A stretch of 64,000 nucleotides of DNA from Thelocarpon superellum (lineage: Eukaryota). Position 1 is the stretch's first letter. Every line of letters starts with the position of its first letter. Positions 22,639-35,136 of the stretch are shown in pieces. The stretch is taken from positions 1-64,000 of the forward strand of contig JAPEUG010000039.1 in NCBI GenBank assembly GCA_026025795.1. The letters are read 5' to 3'. The translations under genes were made by a program, and so were the position numbers. The notes beneath the pieces were generated by a model, which had not been told where the DNA came from, ran no database searches, and was given only the letters and a program-made list of their open reading frames with translations.

Positions 22639-23861
22639 TCACGCATCCCGCCTCATCTTCTTGAAAAAGTCCGTGACACTGGTAAAGACGACGAGGAGAA
22701 TGCCTCCGCCGGGGCCGAGTCGTAAGACCTTGGGGAGGAAACCCTTGTAGAGTGCGCCGAAGCCCTCTTCCCGCAGCACCGTGCCGATGGCCGGCCATGC
22801 CCAGTTGTACTTGGGCGCCTGCCCCGGAATCCGCGGGGAGTTCTGAATTCGGGACTTCACCACATCCATGGGCGTGTTGAGGATGGTGCCAATGGTGCCA
22901 CCCGTCGCGCCCGAGATCAGGTCGTTTCGCATCTGCTGCCTCTTGTTCTCCGCCTTGGGGATCAGGGCGCGCACCTGGAAGATGCAACCAAAGTAGCCGG
23001 CGTTCCAGACAACGTGCCGCCACATGGTGCTCTCCGTGCCGTTGTACATGGCCAAGATGCCCTCGTTCCTGACGATCTTGACAAAGGCGTCCACCATGCC
23101 ATTGTATTTGCCGGCCGACGCGCGATCTTGTAACCGAATCTTGATCAGCTCAAAGGGCACGACGACCAGGGCCTCGGTCGCGCCGGCCGTGGCGCCCGTG
23201 AGGATGGAAAGTGGCTGAGTCATGGCCGGCGCGTTGAACAGCTTGCGATACAGCTTGCCCCACTCATCGTTCGCCGCGAATTTCGTCGCTCTGTCACCGA
23301 GTGTCAGCATCTGAGTCGCCGAATCATCGTCGTCCGCCTACGCCGTACCTCTTGGGCGCCTCCATCAGAATGGGCGCCGTGATGCCTCGATAAAGTCGTG
23401 AGAAGCTATTTCACCGTCAATCAGGACGGCATGTCGATGAACATTGGCACAGACGAACCCCTCATTTTTGATAATCTTCTGAAAGCAATCGACCATGCCC
23501 GTGTACCCCTCTCCATTGATACCCGTTCCTTGCTGCAGTTGCCTGGGGACGGTTCAGTGGGCATCCAAACGCCAAGTACACCTACTTACACTCGTGTCTT
23601 GACGACGTCTAGTGGGTACCTGTGGTCGCATCAGAGAGACTCCACCCGTCCTGGAGCGAAGGACGCAGACATAACCAGGATCTTCGCTCGTCCCGCATGT
23701 CAGTCTAGAGCGCTCTCGAACTTCTCCGCCAACGGTGCACTTACTTCTGACACGCCCGCCACCGCTCCTACAACATGGTCAGTGTCCGTGAGGGGGTAGG
23801 AGCTTCCGAGCTTACCGGCGGCGAACTGGTAGAGGAAGGGCAAAGGCTGGTCTTGAGCCAT
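22639..23861 (-). CDS. ODC1: Mitochondrial 2-oxodicarboxylate carrier (ODC1/2, SLC25A21-like); 7 exons
   Basis: PLPFLYQFAAGAVAGVSEILVMYPLDVVKTRVQLQ is rebuilt across micro-exons. Three Px[DE]xx[KR] signatures, EAPKRATKFA and KVLRLGPGGG are present. Confidence 0.93.
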
Positions 23862-24903
23862 CTTGGCGCCGAAAGCCCAATTGGCCGGGAAGATCACCGG
23901 CACGAATGGTGTGCACTACCCAATGCTCCCCGCAGATGCAAGTCAGATGCACAGATAGATGGCCCCGAGCAAGTTGTCGAGTGAATGTTGAGGAGAGTCA
24001 GGTCGAGCTTCTTCCACTAGACCGGCGACGGTCTACCCAGTCACATGGGCGATAAGGGTGCACCCGACGTTACAGTTACGAGGATCCGCTGCTCCGACGG
24101 ATAGAGTCCACCCTTTGACCGGGATCTCCTCCAAGGAAAGGCAGATGGAAATTACAGAGATGATCGTCTGAAGGGAGGCAAGATGAATGCTACCGTGACC
24201 ACCTCTGCCAGCAGTCGGAGGTGGTAGATTGGGCACGTGATGTCGAGAGAGATTCGCGTTGCAGCTGGCGAGAGGGCATACGAGTACGAATATTCGCTAA
24301 CTCGACGCCGCACTTGATGAGTTCGGTGTTCGTTCGGGACTACCCGAGCTCGGAGCCGTCGAGCGAATTAAATAATGCGGGACTCGGCCTCCGATTGCGC
24401 GTCGCGGGCGCGGCTCGCCGCTTGATTGGTGCAAGCGACCAAACATCAACACGACGTGGGAATCCACGGCCGTAGCTGAGCCGACTTATTACCAGCACTA
24501 CAAGTACTCGCAACACATAGTGCTTGCAGCTCTCCTCCAGCATGGCGAATTCGCTGATGGTAGCTCCCTCGCTACCTACGTAGGTGGCTCGCCAGATCAT
24601 GTCCACCCGTCAAAAATCCTTCTTCGAGCAGAAGCATAGCGGGAGGGTGAGCATGGCGGTGACATCCTGGTGGACTTCCCCCACACTAACTCCCCGTGCC
24701 ATTAGACTCGACCGGCATGGTATGGATCTTGCAAGGCCTCTGCTCCATCAAGCAACGCCTCTCTACCGCCCCGCATCCCATTTCCCGCTCCACCCATCCC
24801 TGCCTCCTCGACGAGCAAGTCGAAGCTGAGAGCGTTTACATTTCCTGGCCACGAAAAGGTCTCATCGACCACAAATCGCCCTCACGAACAAGACACATCC
24901 AGC

Positions 24904-27900
24904 ATGAGCCACGCACCACAGAAAGGGGCAATGGCTGGACCTCCGCACACACCTGCCACCCGACTCCCCTTGTCCGAATTGATCGCCAACACCGTCGACA
25001 CGATGGCCCAAGAGATCGGGCAAGAAACGTCACCGGAAGAACGAGTCCTCTGGAAACATTGCCGCTCCCCCGATAGCTCCGGCCTCACGACTTCCTCAAC
25101 CCCTCTGATCCCATCGATGGGCCGAGGGAAGAAGCGGGCGAGGAGCTCATCGCCCCTCGCGTCGCCATCCTCCAAGCCCAAGGACCCACTCGATCTCCAC
25201 TCGTTGCACAAGCCTCTGAATCCCTCCATGGCGGACCCGGCCGATGAGCTCTGGAACCGCTACGCCGTCAATTCCAAAATGAAGCCGGCCGCCGGTGCCC
25301 TCGCTGAATCTGCCATTGCTCACCTCATGCACTCGTCTTCCCCACGATCCAATCTCAAAACGCCCCCCGCCGCGGCCGGCTTACGACGATCGACTAGCTG
25401 TGGCACCGAGTGGCCAGCATCCAACGCCAAACGCCGCAAGCTATCGGCCTCCCACATCAAGCTCGAAGCTGATGTCATGTCGGCGCCTCTCCAGCCCATG
25501 CTGTCACAAGGCCCGGCCCGATCGAAGCTGTCGCGTGTCAGCCTGCTCGTCGACCGGATCCAACAGAGCCTCACGCACCCGCCAAAGCAAGCCGATGTCA
25601 ACGTGCAGGCGCCGGCACAGGCACGTCCCCGATCGTGTCCGTCGCCGGATTCAACGGCGTCACAGCCTCAGCATAGCTCTTTTAGCGACAGTGCTCTCTC
25701 GAGCTCCGCCTTACAACAGGCACTAGCCACTCTGGACGCATCCTCCGAGTTTGGTGATCTCGATGATGATGGCCTTGATCTGGCCTTGTGTGATATGGCC
25801 GATGCCGCCGCAGGACCGACGAATACAGCTCCAACCGATACCGTTCAACCTCGACCAGCACCGACAAAGCACGCCACATCGGATCCAACCGAACCCCACA
25901 GTGCTATTGCCGATGCCTCGGCTGTCAAGCCAGACATGGCTTCTGCCGCACACCAACCAGTGGATGACTTTGCCGAGGATGACGATGAAGATGACATGGA
26001 TGCGGCCGAACTGGAGACAGTCCTGGCCCAATTCGACAATCGAACACCGCAAGATCGGGCGACAGCAGATCACGACGCGGCGGGGAAAGAAGTGCAACCG
26101 GCCAGGGGAGCAGGAACATTGCAGGAACGTACGGACTGTGGCGGTTCGTCTGATGATGAGTTCGGCGACGTGGCTGATCTTGACTTTGATCTCGCGGCCG
26201 CCGACCTTCCTCCACAGCACCAGCTACCCACACCATCCTCTGTACGTACTGAGTCCCGCACGCCGACAGTCTAGCTACTAAGAAATCAAGAACGTACGGA
26301 ACGTCCGTGCCATCCAGCGCTATCTGATCAAATCCGTGGCCGAGCAACTATATTACACCTCCAAGAGCCAGACCCGACCCGAAAAGGTGACTCGATCCAC
26401 CAACCTCGTGAGGAAGGGTCTCACGCATCGATAGGTTCTGCTAGTGGAAGAGGAGAAGACCAAAGTGGCCAAGACCATCATCCTGCGTCAATCATGGTTC
26501 GACACGCCCTGCACTGTCGGCGCCTTTGTCCACCTGATCGGAGACTTTGCCCTCGACGGCCGCTGTGTCGTGGACGACGCACGACATATGCTCATCCTTC
26601 ATCCCGATCACCTCATCTCCTCCACGGTCGTCGCCGATTCCTTTGGCTGCACCCGACGGGCCGTCCTTCAAGACCGGGTCAAGGCCACGAATGAGGCGAA
26701 CCCTCCCCAAGTCTACGGCCACATCCTACACGAGATCTTTCAAGAGGCCATGCGAACAAATCGATGGGACGATGACTCGCTGGCCGCTCTGGTCGAGGAG
26801 GTGGTCATGCGCCATCTCGAGAGCGTTTACGAGGTCAAGCTGGAGGTCTCGGAGGCCATCGACCACCTCAACGGGAAGGTCGCTCAGCTGCAGGCCTGGG
26901 CCAAGGTTTTTGTCAGCGCAAAACCCAAGGTCCGCCCGTGCTTACGTCCATGCGAGGTGGATGACGACTGACGTGAGATAGGCTGGTGCCCTAATCAACG
27001 ACCGGAATGGACGACAAGCCCGGATGAGCGTGAACAAGCTACTGGACGTGGAGGAGCACGTGTGGTCGCCAATGTATGGCTTGAAAGGAAACATTGACGC
27101 CACCGTCCAAATCACCATGGACGATGACCAAGGGCGCAAGACCCTCACCGTTCCTTTCGAGGTCAAGACGGGCAGGAACACGGCCAATGCCGCCCACCGC
27201 GCCCAGACCGCCTTGTACACGCTGCTCCTCTCTGATCGCTATGGTGAGATTGCCCGTGTCACGACTCCGAAGGACTGCGGAGGCTGATCGTGCAGACATC
27301 GAGGTGGTATACGGTATCCTCTATTACATGGAAACGAGCGACGTAACGCGAATCCCCGCCATCCGCCACGAGCTTCGACATATGGTGATGCAACGGAACG
27401 AGCTGGCCTGCTACGTTCGCGATCGACTGGAGCTTCCCCCCATGTTGAAGAGCCCGCACCTCTGCGGTCGATGTTACGCCAAGGTGCCATGTTTCATCTA
27501 TCACAAGCTGATCGACGGCGGTACCAGCGAGACCAGCGGCGTGAAGGAAAAATTCAACGAGGTCGTGCAGCACCTCAAGCCGGAGCATCAGACCTTCTTT
27601 CAGCACTGGGACCACCTGCTGACCAAAGAGGAAACGGACATGCAAAAGTTTCGACGTGAGCTCTGGACGATGCTGAGCACGGAGCGAGAACAGCTCGGAC
27701 GGTGCTTTGCGAATGTCACGATCGAGTCGGGTGCGACACACGAGGCCGAGAACGCGCCCAAGATCAACCGCTTCCGATACACCTTGGTCAAGCAGGCGCC
27801 GGGGCCCAACTTCTCCTTTGTCGACTCACAGATCGCCGTGGGCGAACCCATTGTCATCTCGGATGAGAAGGGGCACTTTGCCCTGGCCAACGGCTACGTA

Positions 27901-29805
27901 ACGCAGATCCGCAAGCACAAGATCACGGTGGCGGTGGATCGACGTCTACATAACGCTCGGACCCGTCACCCGGGCTTTGACGCGGAGAAGAATCAGACCT
28001 TTGCCGGGATCATGGAGGTACTTGAGGAGGGCGAGTCTCCGATGGTGACACCGGCGCAGCCAGAGCCAGTGCTCTACCGTCTCGACAAAGACGAGTTCAA
28101 CAATGGCATGGCGACGGTCCGCAACAACCTCATCCAGGTGATGACCAATGGCCCCTTTGGATCGCGCGAGATCCGCAGTTTGGTGGTCGAAGGGCGACGA
28201 CCGTATTTCAAGCCCGTCTCGACCGCCTACACGCTACCCGACGGGTCCAAGCAAGCCAGCCCGAATGAGGACCAGAAGCGGGCGATTGAAAAGGTCATGA
28301 GCGCGCGGGACTACGCCCTGGTGTTGGGGATGCCTGGCACGGGCAAGACGACGACCATTGCGCACATCATCCGCGCCCTGGTGTCACAGGGGAAGAGTGT
28401 GCTGTTGACCTCGTACACCCACAATGCCGTCGACAATATCCTGCTCAAGATCCGCGACGACAACATTCGGATCTTGAGACTCGGCGCGATTGCCAAGATC
28501 CATCCGGAGGTGCAGGAATTTGCCGAGTTGGCCGGCGTGCCCAAGAAGACAATCGAGGAACTGCAGGCGACCTACCATGGTCCGCAGATCGTAGCCACGA
28601 CTTGTCTCGGGGTCAATCATGCCATCTTCAACGAGCGCGTCTTCGACTACTGCATCGTCGATGAAGCATCCCAGATTACCCTCCCCGTGTGTCTCGGACC
28701 GATCCGCATGGCCAAGACGTTTGTGCTGGTCGGAGATCACAATCAGCTGCCCCCACTGGTCCAGAACGCCGGGGCACGTGAGGGCGGACTGGACATTAGC
28801 CTGTTCAAACTCTTGTCCGACAAGCATCCCGAATCCGTGGTGAATCTCGAGCATCAATACCGCATGTGCGAAGAGATCATGACACTCAGCAACACCTTGA
28901 TCTACGACGGCCTGTTGAAATGCGGCAATGAAGCGGTCGCCCGTCGATCCCTCACCATTCCGCACATGGACGGACTCAACACGCAACATCGACCGTCACT
29001 CTCCGCGTCATCCCTCCAAGACCAGGGTCTTTGCCCCGGCGCCAAGTTGGGGACATGCTGGCTGCGCGACGTGCTTGATCCGACGGTCAAGGCGTGCTTC
29101 ATCGACACCGACGCACTGCTGCCCCGATCCCGCGAGGACGCCAAGGGCTCGCGCATCGTCAACGCGGCCGAAGCGGCGCTCTGCACGCAGCTCGTCAGCG
29201 CCCTGCTCAGCAGCGGCGTGACCGACGGGGATATTGGCGTCATCTCCGTGTACCGGAGCCAACTGGCCCTGCTGAAACACCACCTCCGACACCGCGTCGC
29301 CGTGGAGATGCACACGGCCGACCGGTTCCAAGGCCGGGACAAGGAGGTGGTGATTCTCTCGCTCGTGCGCAACAACGAGGCCCACAATGTCGGCGACCTG
29401 CTCCGCGACTGGCGCCGCATCAACGTCGCCTTCACCCGCGCCCGCACGAAGCTGTTGATTCTCGGTAGTCGCTCGACCCTCGCGGGCGGTAATGACCTCC
29501 TCAAGCGCTTCGTGGATCTGATGGACAGTCGCCGCTGGATATACCATCTCCCTCCGAATGCGGAGAGTATGCATGCATGTGACGACTCCGCCACTCAGAG
29601 CGGCTGTGCCTCGTTGGAGGTGAGATCCGTGAATGAGAGAGAGGGAGAGGAGAACATTCCCCCGGCCGACAGTGTGGGTGTAGTAGCAGGGGGTGGAGAA
29701 GGAAAAGCACGAGCAGCACGACCAAACAAGGGCCAGTTCTCGACGCGCGCACTGGGATTGGCGTCCCGACCTGTCTTGAGAGATTTGGTCAATGATTTGG
29801 CGTGA
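24904..29805 (+). CDS. DNA2: Dna2 nuclease/helicase; exons 24904-26241, 26291-26386, 26435-26929, 26982-27243, 27296-29805
   Basis: Fe-S cysteines (SFGCTRRAVL; CGRCYAKVPC), nuclease EEHVWSPMYGLKGNID...EVKTG, Walker A GMPGTGKT, DEASQ, VGDHNQLPP, QYRM and FQGRDK. Confidence 0.96.
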
Positions 29806-30087
29806 TGATGGCGACGACACGGAGTGTACGAAGGTAGTGTTGTTTACGTTACTAGACAGCATACAAGAACGCCTGGGTGGTTGGTTGGCTGCAAGTCAAG
29901 TGGATTGAAGCAAACTAGCAAGCCGATCTATCTCTATCCGATTGTGTGTTCCTTTCCCCTATCCTCCCAATCCATCTCCTGCACGGTTTGCACCGTAACA
30001 ATAAGCACGCACCGATCGCGAGCATCCAACCCTAACCCCAATCCTCCAACTCCAGCTCCGTATCCTTCTGCGTGCACAGAACAAACG

Positions 30088-30854
30088 CTAGAAGTTTCAA
30101 GACATCAGCATCAGACACAAAGGAGAAGAGCCCAGAGTGGGGAATGGAAAAAGGAGGGGGGGATGAACTGACTTGTCGTGGGTGACGGCGGCGCTTCATC
30201 CCTTCCGTGCCTCGCCTTTTTCCTCCGATGTGGTCAATTTTGACAAAGTCATGGTCGTGTGGGTGTAGACAATCTCTGCGACGGTTAGTATCAGAGTGAG
30301 CGAGAACGAGAACGAGAGAGCGCAAGGAGTGCGACAAAGGGGGTTAGATGAGAGCGGGAGGGAACTTGCTTGTTGTAGGGGTCGATGGCGCCCCGGCCAG
30401 ACGTGCCCAGCCCTTCCATCATGTTGTGTTCCAATCGGGTACAACTTCTACGGGTGTTCAGCATTGGAACGGAAAGGGGAGATTGAGAGAAAGGGAGATG
30501 AGACTTGCTTGTCGTGAGAGGCGATGGCATTTCATCCCTGACGTGCCTATCCCCTTCTCCTCCGAGGTGTTCAATTTGGTGGAGTCATGATGTTCGTGAT
30601 GATGTTCTCATCGTCTGCAATTTGCTGCAACAAGTCAGCGCAGGAAGAACAAAGGGGGAAAGAGCAACTCACTTGTAGTGGATGAGGATGGCGCTTCATT
30701 CCAAGATGCCAAGTCCTTTCCGTCCCGTCAAATTTGCTTGTCGAAGCCACGACCGGTCGCGTGGGCGCATCCGTTCATCTGCGTTCGTCTCAGCCAACTT
30801 GCCATCACACCGTGCTCGAGCACCACTCACCGCTCCACTCTCCCAGCGACATAC
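30088..30854 (-). repeat. Four paralogous exon-intron units downstream of the orphan ORF (probable spliced 3' UTR)
   Basis: Exons 30778-30673, 30624-30509, 30447-30370 and 30275-30173 share AAATTG..GGCAC..GGGATGAAGCGCC..ACAA. Each is followed by a GTGAGT, GCAAGT, GCAAGT or GTCAGT donor, a pyrimidine tract, a branch point and YAG. Confidence 0.75.
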
Positions 30855-30877
30855 CCAACAGAGTGCCCTGTCCGGCT

Positions 30878-32020
30878 TCAATCCTCCCCCTTGATCCACT
30901 TTCTGCGTAGTGGACGCGAGGCTGCGGCCCGGTAGTCGCGCCGGCTGTTGGCGAGCCGGACCCGCCCTGCCTCCGGGCATTCGTGGACCGTCCGTTGCTC
31001 GGCGAAGCCGGCGAAGGTGACCGGAATCGTGTTCCGGTTCGTTAGACCGATGGCACGGCTTGCTCGTTGTCTGGCGGCGGGAGTGGGACGGGGGGCGGGA
31101 GTGACCCTTGGTGGTGGTGGCGGTGGTGGTAGAGAGAGGAGGGGCCCCGGATCCACGAAGATGGGGCCGTACAACGTAGGGGGCGGAGGTGGAGGAGGTG
31201 GGGGAGGCAGGGGGTCCCAGGCGAAGGGGGCAGCGGGCGGCGGCGGCGGTGGTGGTGGTGGGAGGGGAGGCGCCGGCGGCGGAAAGAGAGAGGAGTCGTC
31301 GGCTACCCAGAACGGCGAGGACGACGGGGCCAACGAGGGCGGAGCCAGCGTGCCAGGGAGCAAATCGCCCGTGTTGGGGTCTGCCACTGCCGTGCGCGAT
31401 GGTGACGAAGCGGGGGCGCCTCCGCTTGACGCCCCCCCCAGAGTGCTCGTTTTTGTCCGAGACGCACCCACGGGAAGGACGTCCTCGTTTTCGGGCGATT
31501 CTGGGGGGGTGATTATGAGGCCCATGCTGATGAGCGAGAGCCTCAGGGCGTTGTTGGAGGCCACGTGTTGGGGGGGAAGGGCGGCAGGGGAGGCAGGAAC
31601 AGGGACAGAAGCGGCGGAAAGGGCCGGGGCCAAGGCCTGGTGGGGGGAGGTGGCCACGACGGTGGAGCCGACTTCGGGGGAGAAGTCAATGAAGTCGGCG
31701 TAGTTGGTGGCGTCGTCCGGGAGGGTGGAGTCGCCGTAGAGGGGAGTGACATGAGGGGTGGGAGCGGGAGCGGCGGGGCAGGGGGCGGCGGCCTCGGCGA
31801 ACGTGGCATCCGCCGGAGTCGGATCCAGGTCGCTCAAGTACCCCGGGCTTCGGGGTGCCAGGGCCCAGTCTGGCAAGTCGAGGGGGGTCTCCTCGGTCGT
31901 GTGGAGTTCCTCGACGTTGAAAATAGGGGAGGGCGACCGCTGAGCCGGGACGCCCCACTCGCTCGAAACATCCTCCTCCCCCATCTGAGGGAGGGCCGGA
32001 TTGAAAGAATATTGATTCAT
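30878..32020 (-). CDS. Orphan acidic/proline-rich protein, 380 aa, single coding exon
   Basis: ATG-initiated long ORF with an upstream TATAAA. It has polyproline tracts and a short basic C-terminus, and no recognisable domain. Confidence 0.65.
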   Translation of the reverse strand: MNQYSFNPALPQMGEEDVSSEWGVPAQRSPSPIFNVEELHTTEETPLDLPDWALAPRSPGYLSDLDPTPADATFAEAAAPCPAAPAPTPHVTPLYGDSTLPDDATNYADFIDFSPEVGSTVVATSPHQALAPALSAASVPVPASPAALPPQHVASNNALRLSLISMGLIITPPESPENEDVLPVGASRTKTSTLGGASSGGAPASSPSRTAVADPNTGDLLPGTLAPPSLAPSSSPFWVADDSSLFPPPAPPLPPPPPPPPPAAPFAWDPLPPPPPPPPPPTLYGPIFVDPGPLLSLPPPPPPPRVTPAPRPTPAARQRASRAIGLTNRNTIPVTFAGFAEQRTVHECPEAGRVRLANSRRDYRAAASRPLRRKWIKGED

Positions 32021-32108
32021 CTTGACGAATCAATAGAAAATGTCGAATACGAGGAAAGAAAGGGAGAAAGGAGAAGAAGATGGGCAGGGGTGTGCGAGGA
32101 CCCCTGTA

Positions 32109-32114
32109 TTTATA
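32109..32114 (-). promoter_or_regulatory. TATA box of orphan gene
   Basis: CAGTATAAATAC lies about 90 nt upstream of ATG 32020 and is followed by a CT-rich leader. Confidence 0.55.
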
Positions 32115-32780
32115 CTGCCAGAGGGCACTACGAGGTGACTTCTCCTGCTGGAAAAGTCTTCACTATCCCCCCAGGTTATCATGATGGGAATCATCATCTT
32201 GACTGTCAGGTGGGACAGTGCGGAGCAAAAAGACGTTGAGGGCGGGCTTCGTGCAGTCTTCTCGCGACAGTTTGCCTCAGACGGATGATGGGAGGCTCCG
32301 AAAAAGTGGTGATAACCGTTGGGCAGCGGACAAGAGAACATCATGGAGCGCTGAGCAGGTTTCCGCGCGGGCGCTTTGACTGATGCTGGCTAGAATATCA
32401 CGATGTAAACGGGGGGGCGGGGAGAGGCCTTGAGGGTCATGTGAAACGAACGCATTCTTTCTCGTTCCTGTTCATACACGGGCCGCTAGATGCCAACACG
32501 ACGAGTAGAAAGTGAGGCTGCAGCGCTATAAGAACCGGCGTTGACAGGAGATGCTTTCTGGAGGGACACCCTAATGTTTTGATCTCGACAAGCGCGAAAG
32601 AAAGGAGTCCCAACGTCGGCAGGGTAAAAAGGAGAGCCAGGCGAAAGAGGCATGGCTTGATAAAAGAGCCACCAACGTGAACACGAAACAAGACCTGCAA
32701 GAAACGGGTGATGACCCTTGAAGTTTTGGAGCGGAGCCTGATGCATCTTTCGGGACCCCTATCTTGGGCGTTCATCGCGG

Positions 32781-34471
32781 CTATGGGCCGTTCATCTCCC
32801 ACACGACAAAGGAATCTGGAGAGGGTGGGGGTAGGGGCAGCGAGGCGTTGGCGCCAATATAGGGCGGCCCGTCAGCGGATCGGGCCGGCGACGGTAGTCG
32901 AAGTATGGCGTATCCATTCACACCGTTGGGGGAGCCGCTGCCTAAGCTATACACATTTATGGCAAACCAGCTCTCCGGTCGAGCCTTCCGGATGAGTCGT
33001 CTGGGCGCCCGTCAGGTTAGCCGCCAACACACACTCTCTGTGAGCGAGAGTGGACGGAAGGACATACAGGCTCGTGAGCCAAAGCTCCGTAATCCACCGT
33101 GCCGACAGGAGACCGCGCCATCGGAGAAGGACCACCCGAGCCGACTTGGCTTCCTCTGACCCGGGCACTTCGTACCGAGAGAGATAGGGGTCGACCGTAT
33201 CAGACGCATCAATGCGGGGTGAACGCAGAGATACCAAGCTCAACCACTCAAAGATGTCGGTCATATGTTCATCGAATGAGGGCTTTCCAGCCTCATCATC
33301 CAGCGGCGGCTGAAGCGTCGGGATGAGGACTGGACCAATGCGAAAGACCTCAGCGGCGTTCACGCTGATCGAGGGGTGATGCGTTGCCAGTGGAGTGGCG
33401 GGAGAAAGTTCATCTAACGGCCAGTCAGTTTCTGCCCACGGGAGTCCACGATCGAGCGTTGATCACGACCATAGCCACGATCGTGGTGTACCTATAGTTC
33501 CGGGCACGATCATGACTTGATCAGATCAACAGCAACGACCAAGCGTTTCTTGTCGCCACAGCCACGATCGAGCTGTGGTCAACGAAGCAGTCACCGTCGA
33601 GCGTCGATGACAGATACAGCCACTCGAGAAAAATTGTCACGAACCTTTTGCGTCAAGATCATGATAGAGCCAGGTGACAGAGCGAGTCAAGACATTCTTG
33701 AAAGCCCACACGATTCGTTCAAACCCCTTCTTCCCATGCACCATTGACGGTAACCGCAGGTTGATCTCCACCTCTACCCGATATTAGCCTTGCGAGTGAC
33801 GGTCCATCATATCGATCCTCTCGCCCAACATACTCCATCGTGCCTTGGATCGCTTGGTACCCGTCGTGCCGGTCGGAACCCCCACCAATCCGGCGCGTTC
33901 GTAGCTCTCCTTGTCCAACAGGAGAGTCAAGAGGCCTGGAAAGGAAGACACAGCGAGACGTTAATCACCGTTGAGAAAGCGGAACGCTAGCTCTGAACGA
34001 AATTATGCCTACCATCGCAGAGCGAGAACGTATTGTCAACACCCACCCGTCCCTCCGTGAACATGAGAACATTACCTGGCCGGCGTTAGAAAGAGAAGGA
34101 CAGCTTGTTCCTTGGGACAAGCAGCCTACCCAACTTGACAAAGTCGTGAAAGAAAGCGCCGTCCAGCAGCTCCGACAACGACATAATCACCCTCGACGTC
34201 GTGCCCCGAGGGACGGATGCCTCGAGGTCGGTGGCAATGACATTGTATACGTCTTCCTCGAGTACTAGCTCAACCTGTCCGCGGTGTGTCAGCACGCAGA
34301 TCAGCGGACTGAAAAGAGCGACAATACAGTGTGGTTGAAGCGATGTGAGCAGATAGTTGAGAAGGGCTTCCTTCGTTGAGGAGGCTGCTTGGGGTCGATG
34401 ATGGGGGGCAGCGCAGCATGGGTGGCGAAGCAATTGGTCGTTGGCTTCTCAATCTCCTCAAAGCCGAACAT
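32781..34471 (-). CDS. RPP40: RNase P/MRP subunit Rpp40; multi-exon
   Basis: Spliced motifs GNVLMFTEGRVGVDNTFSLCDGLLTLLLDKESYERAGLVG, INLRLPSMVHGKKGFERIVWAF and EWLSLVSLRSPRIDASDTVDPYLSRY. Confidence 0.88.
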
Positions 34472-35136
34472 TTGGCCCTCAGGTCGGCGTCATTGAAGCT
34501 CACGGCGACGGTGAGGAGGCAGGTGTCAAGTCTTGAAAGAGAGCGATGGGAAGAGAGCTTATACTGTGCAGAGAGCCACCGAAGATGGTTAAGTCTCTTA
34601 CAGGAGCCCTATCTCAGTCCACGCCGAGTCAATGCCAATTGCACACCTACTTGCACTCGTACAGACCGCGGCGTGATGGCGTATGACAGACGCCACACCC
34701 GCTCGGGATAAGCGATCGAGAGCCCGTCGATCAAATCCGGGCAAGTATCGAAGAGACTTGGTAGCTAAGTTACCAATTAACGAACGGAGCTCTCCAAGCG
34801 GACCATCAGGTACGGCAAAGTCTGGTCTCAACGATGCGACCAAGATGTACGGTAAATTGTCCCAGCAATCGGCGCATTGTCGACGGAATCCAAGACGAGG
34901 AGTACTAACTCCTCGTCGGCAGTAAAACGAAGTATCTATGTACCGCTCTTTCGAAGAGACGGAGCTTCTCTTGCAACCTGCGAGCTTAAGCGAGTTTCAG
35001 CCCTAAGTCTCAGCCCTACAGGCTCCGATGAACCCGTATCCGCGGACAAGGCCCCGGCCATGTCTTGACCCAGAGGTTTGTTCAGGACATGAAGCGCCGC
35101 GTCTTGGAGTCGTAGCCAGAGCGGCCTTCAATCAAC

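Noticed and set aside
30027..30038. CAACCCTAACCC telomere-like / telomerase-template-like motif
   Set aside because: Under two repeats in a C-rich low-complexity 3' region. No other telomerase RNA elements were recognised.
30696..30880. TGA readthrough/editing extending the orphan ORF into the repeated exons
   Set aside because: Both candidate donors lead to another in-frame TGA at the start of the next exon, and the repeat copies differ by 1-nt indels.
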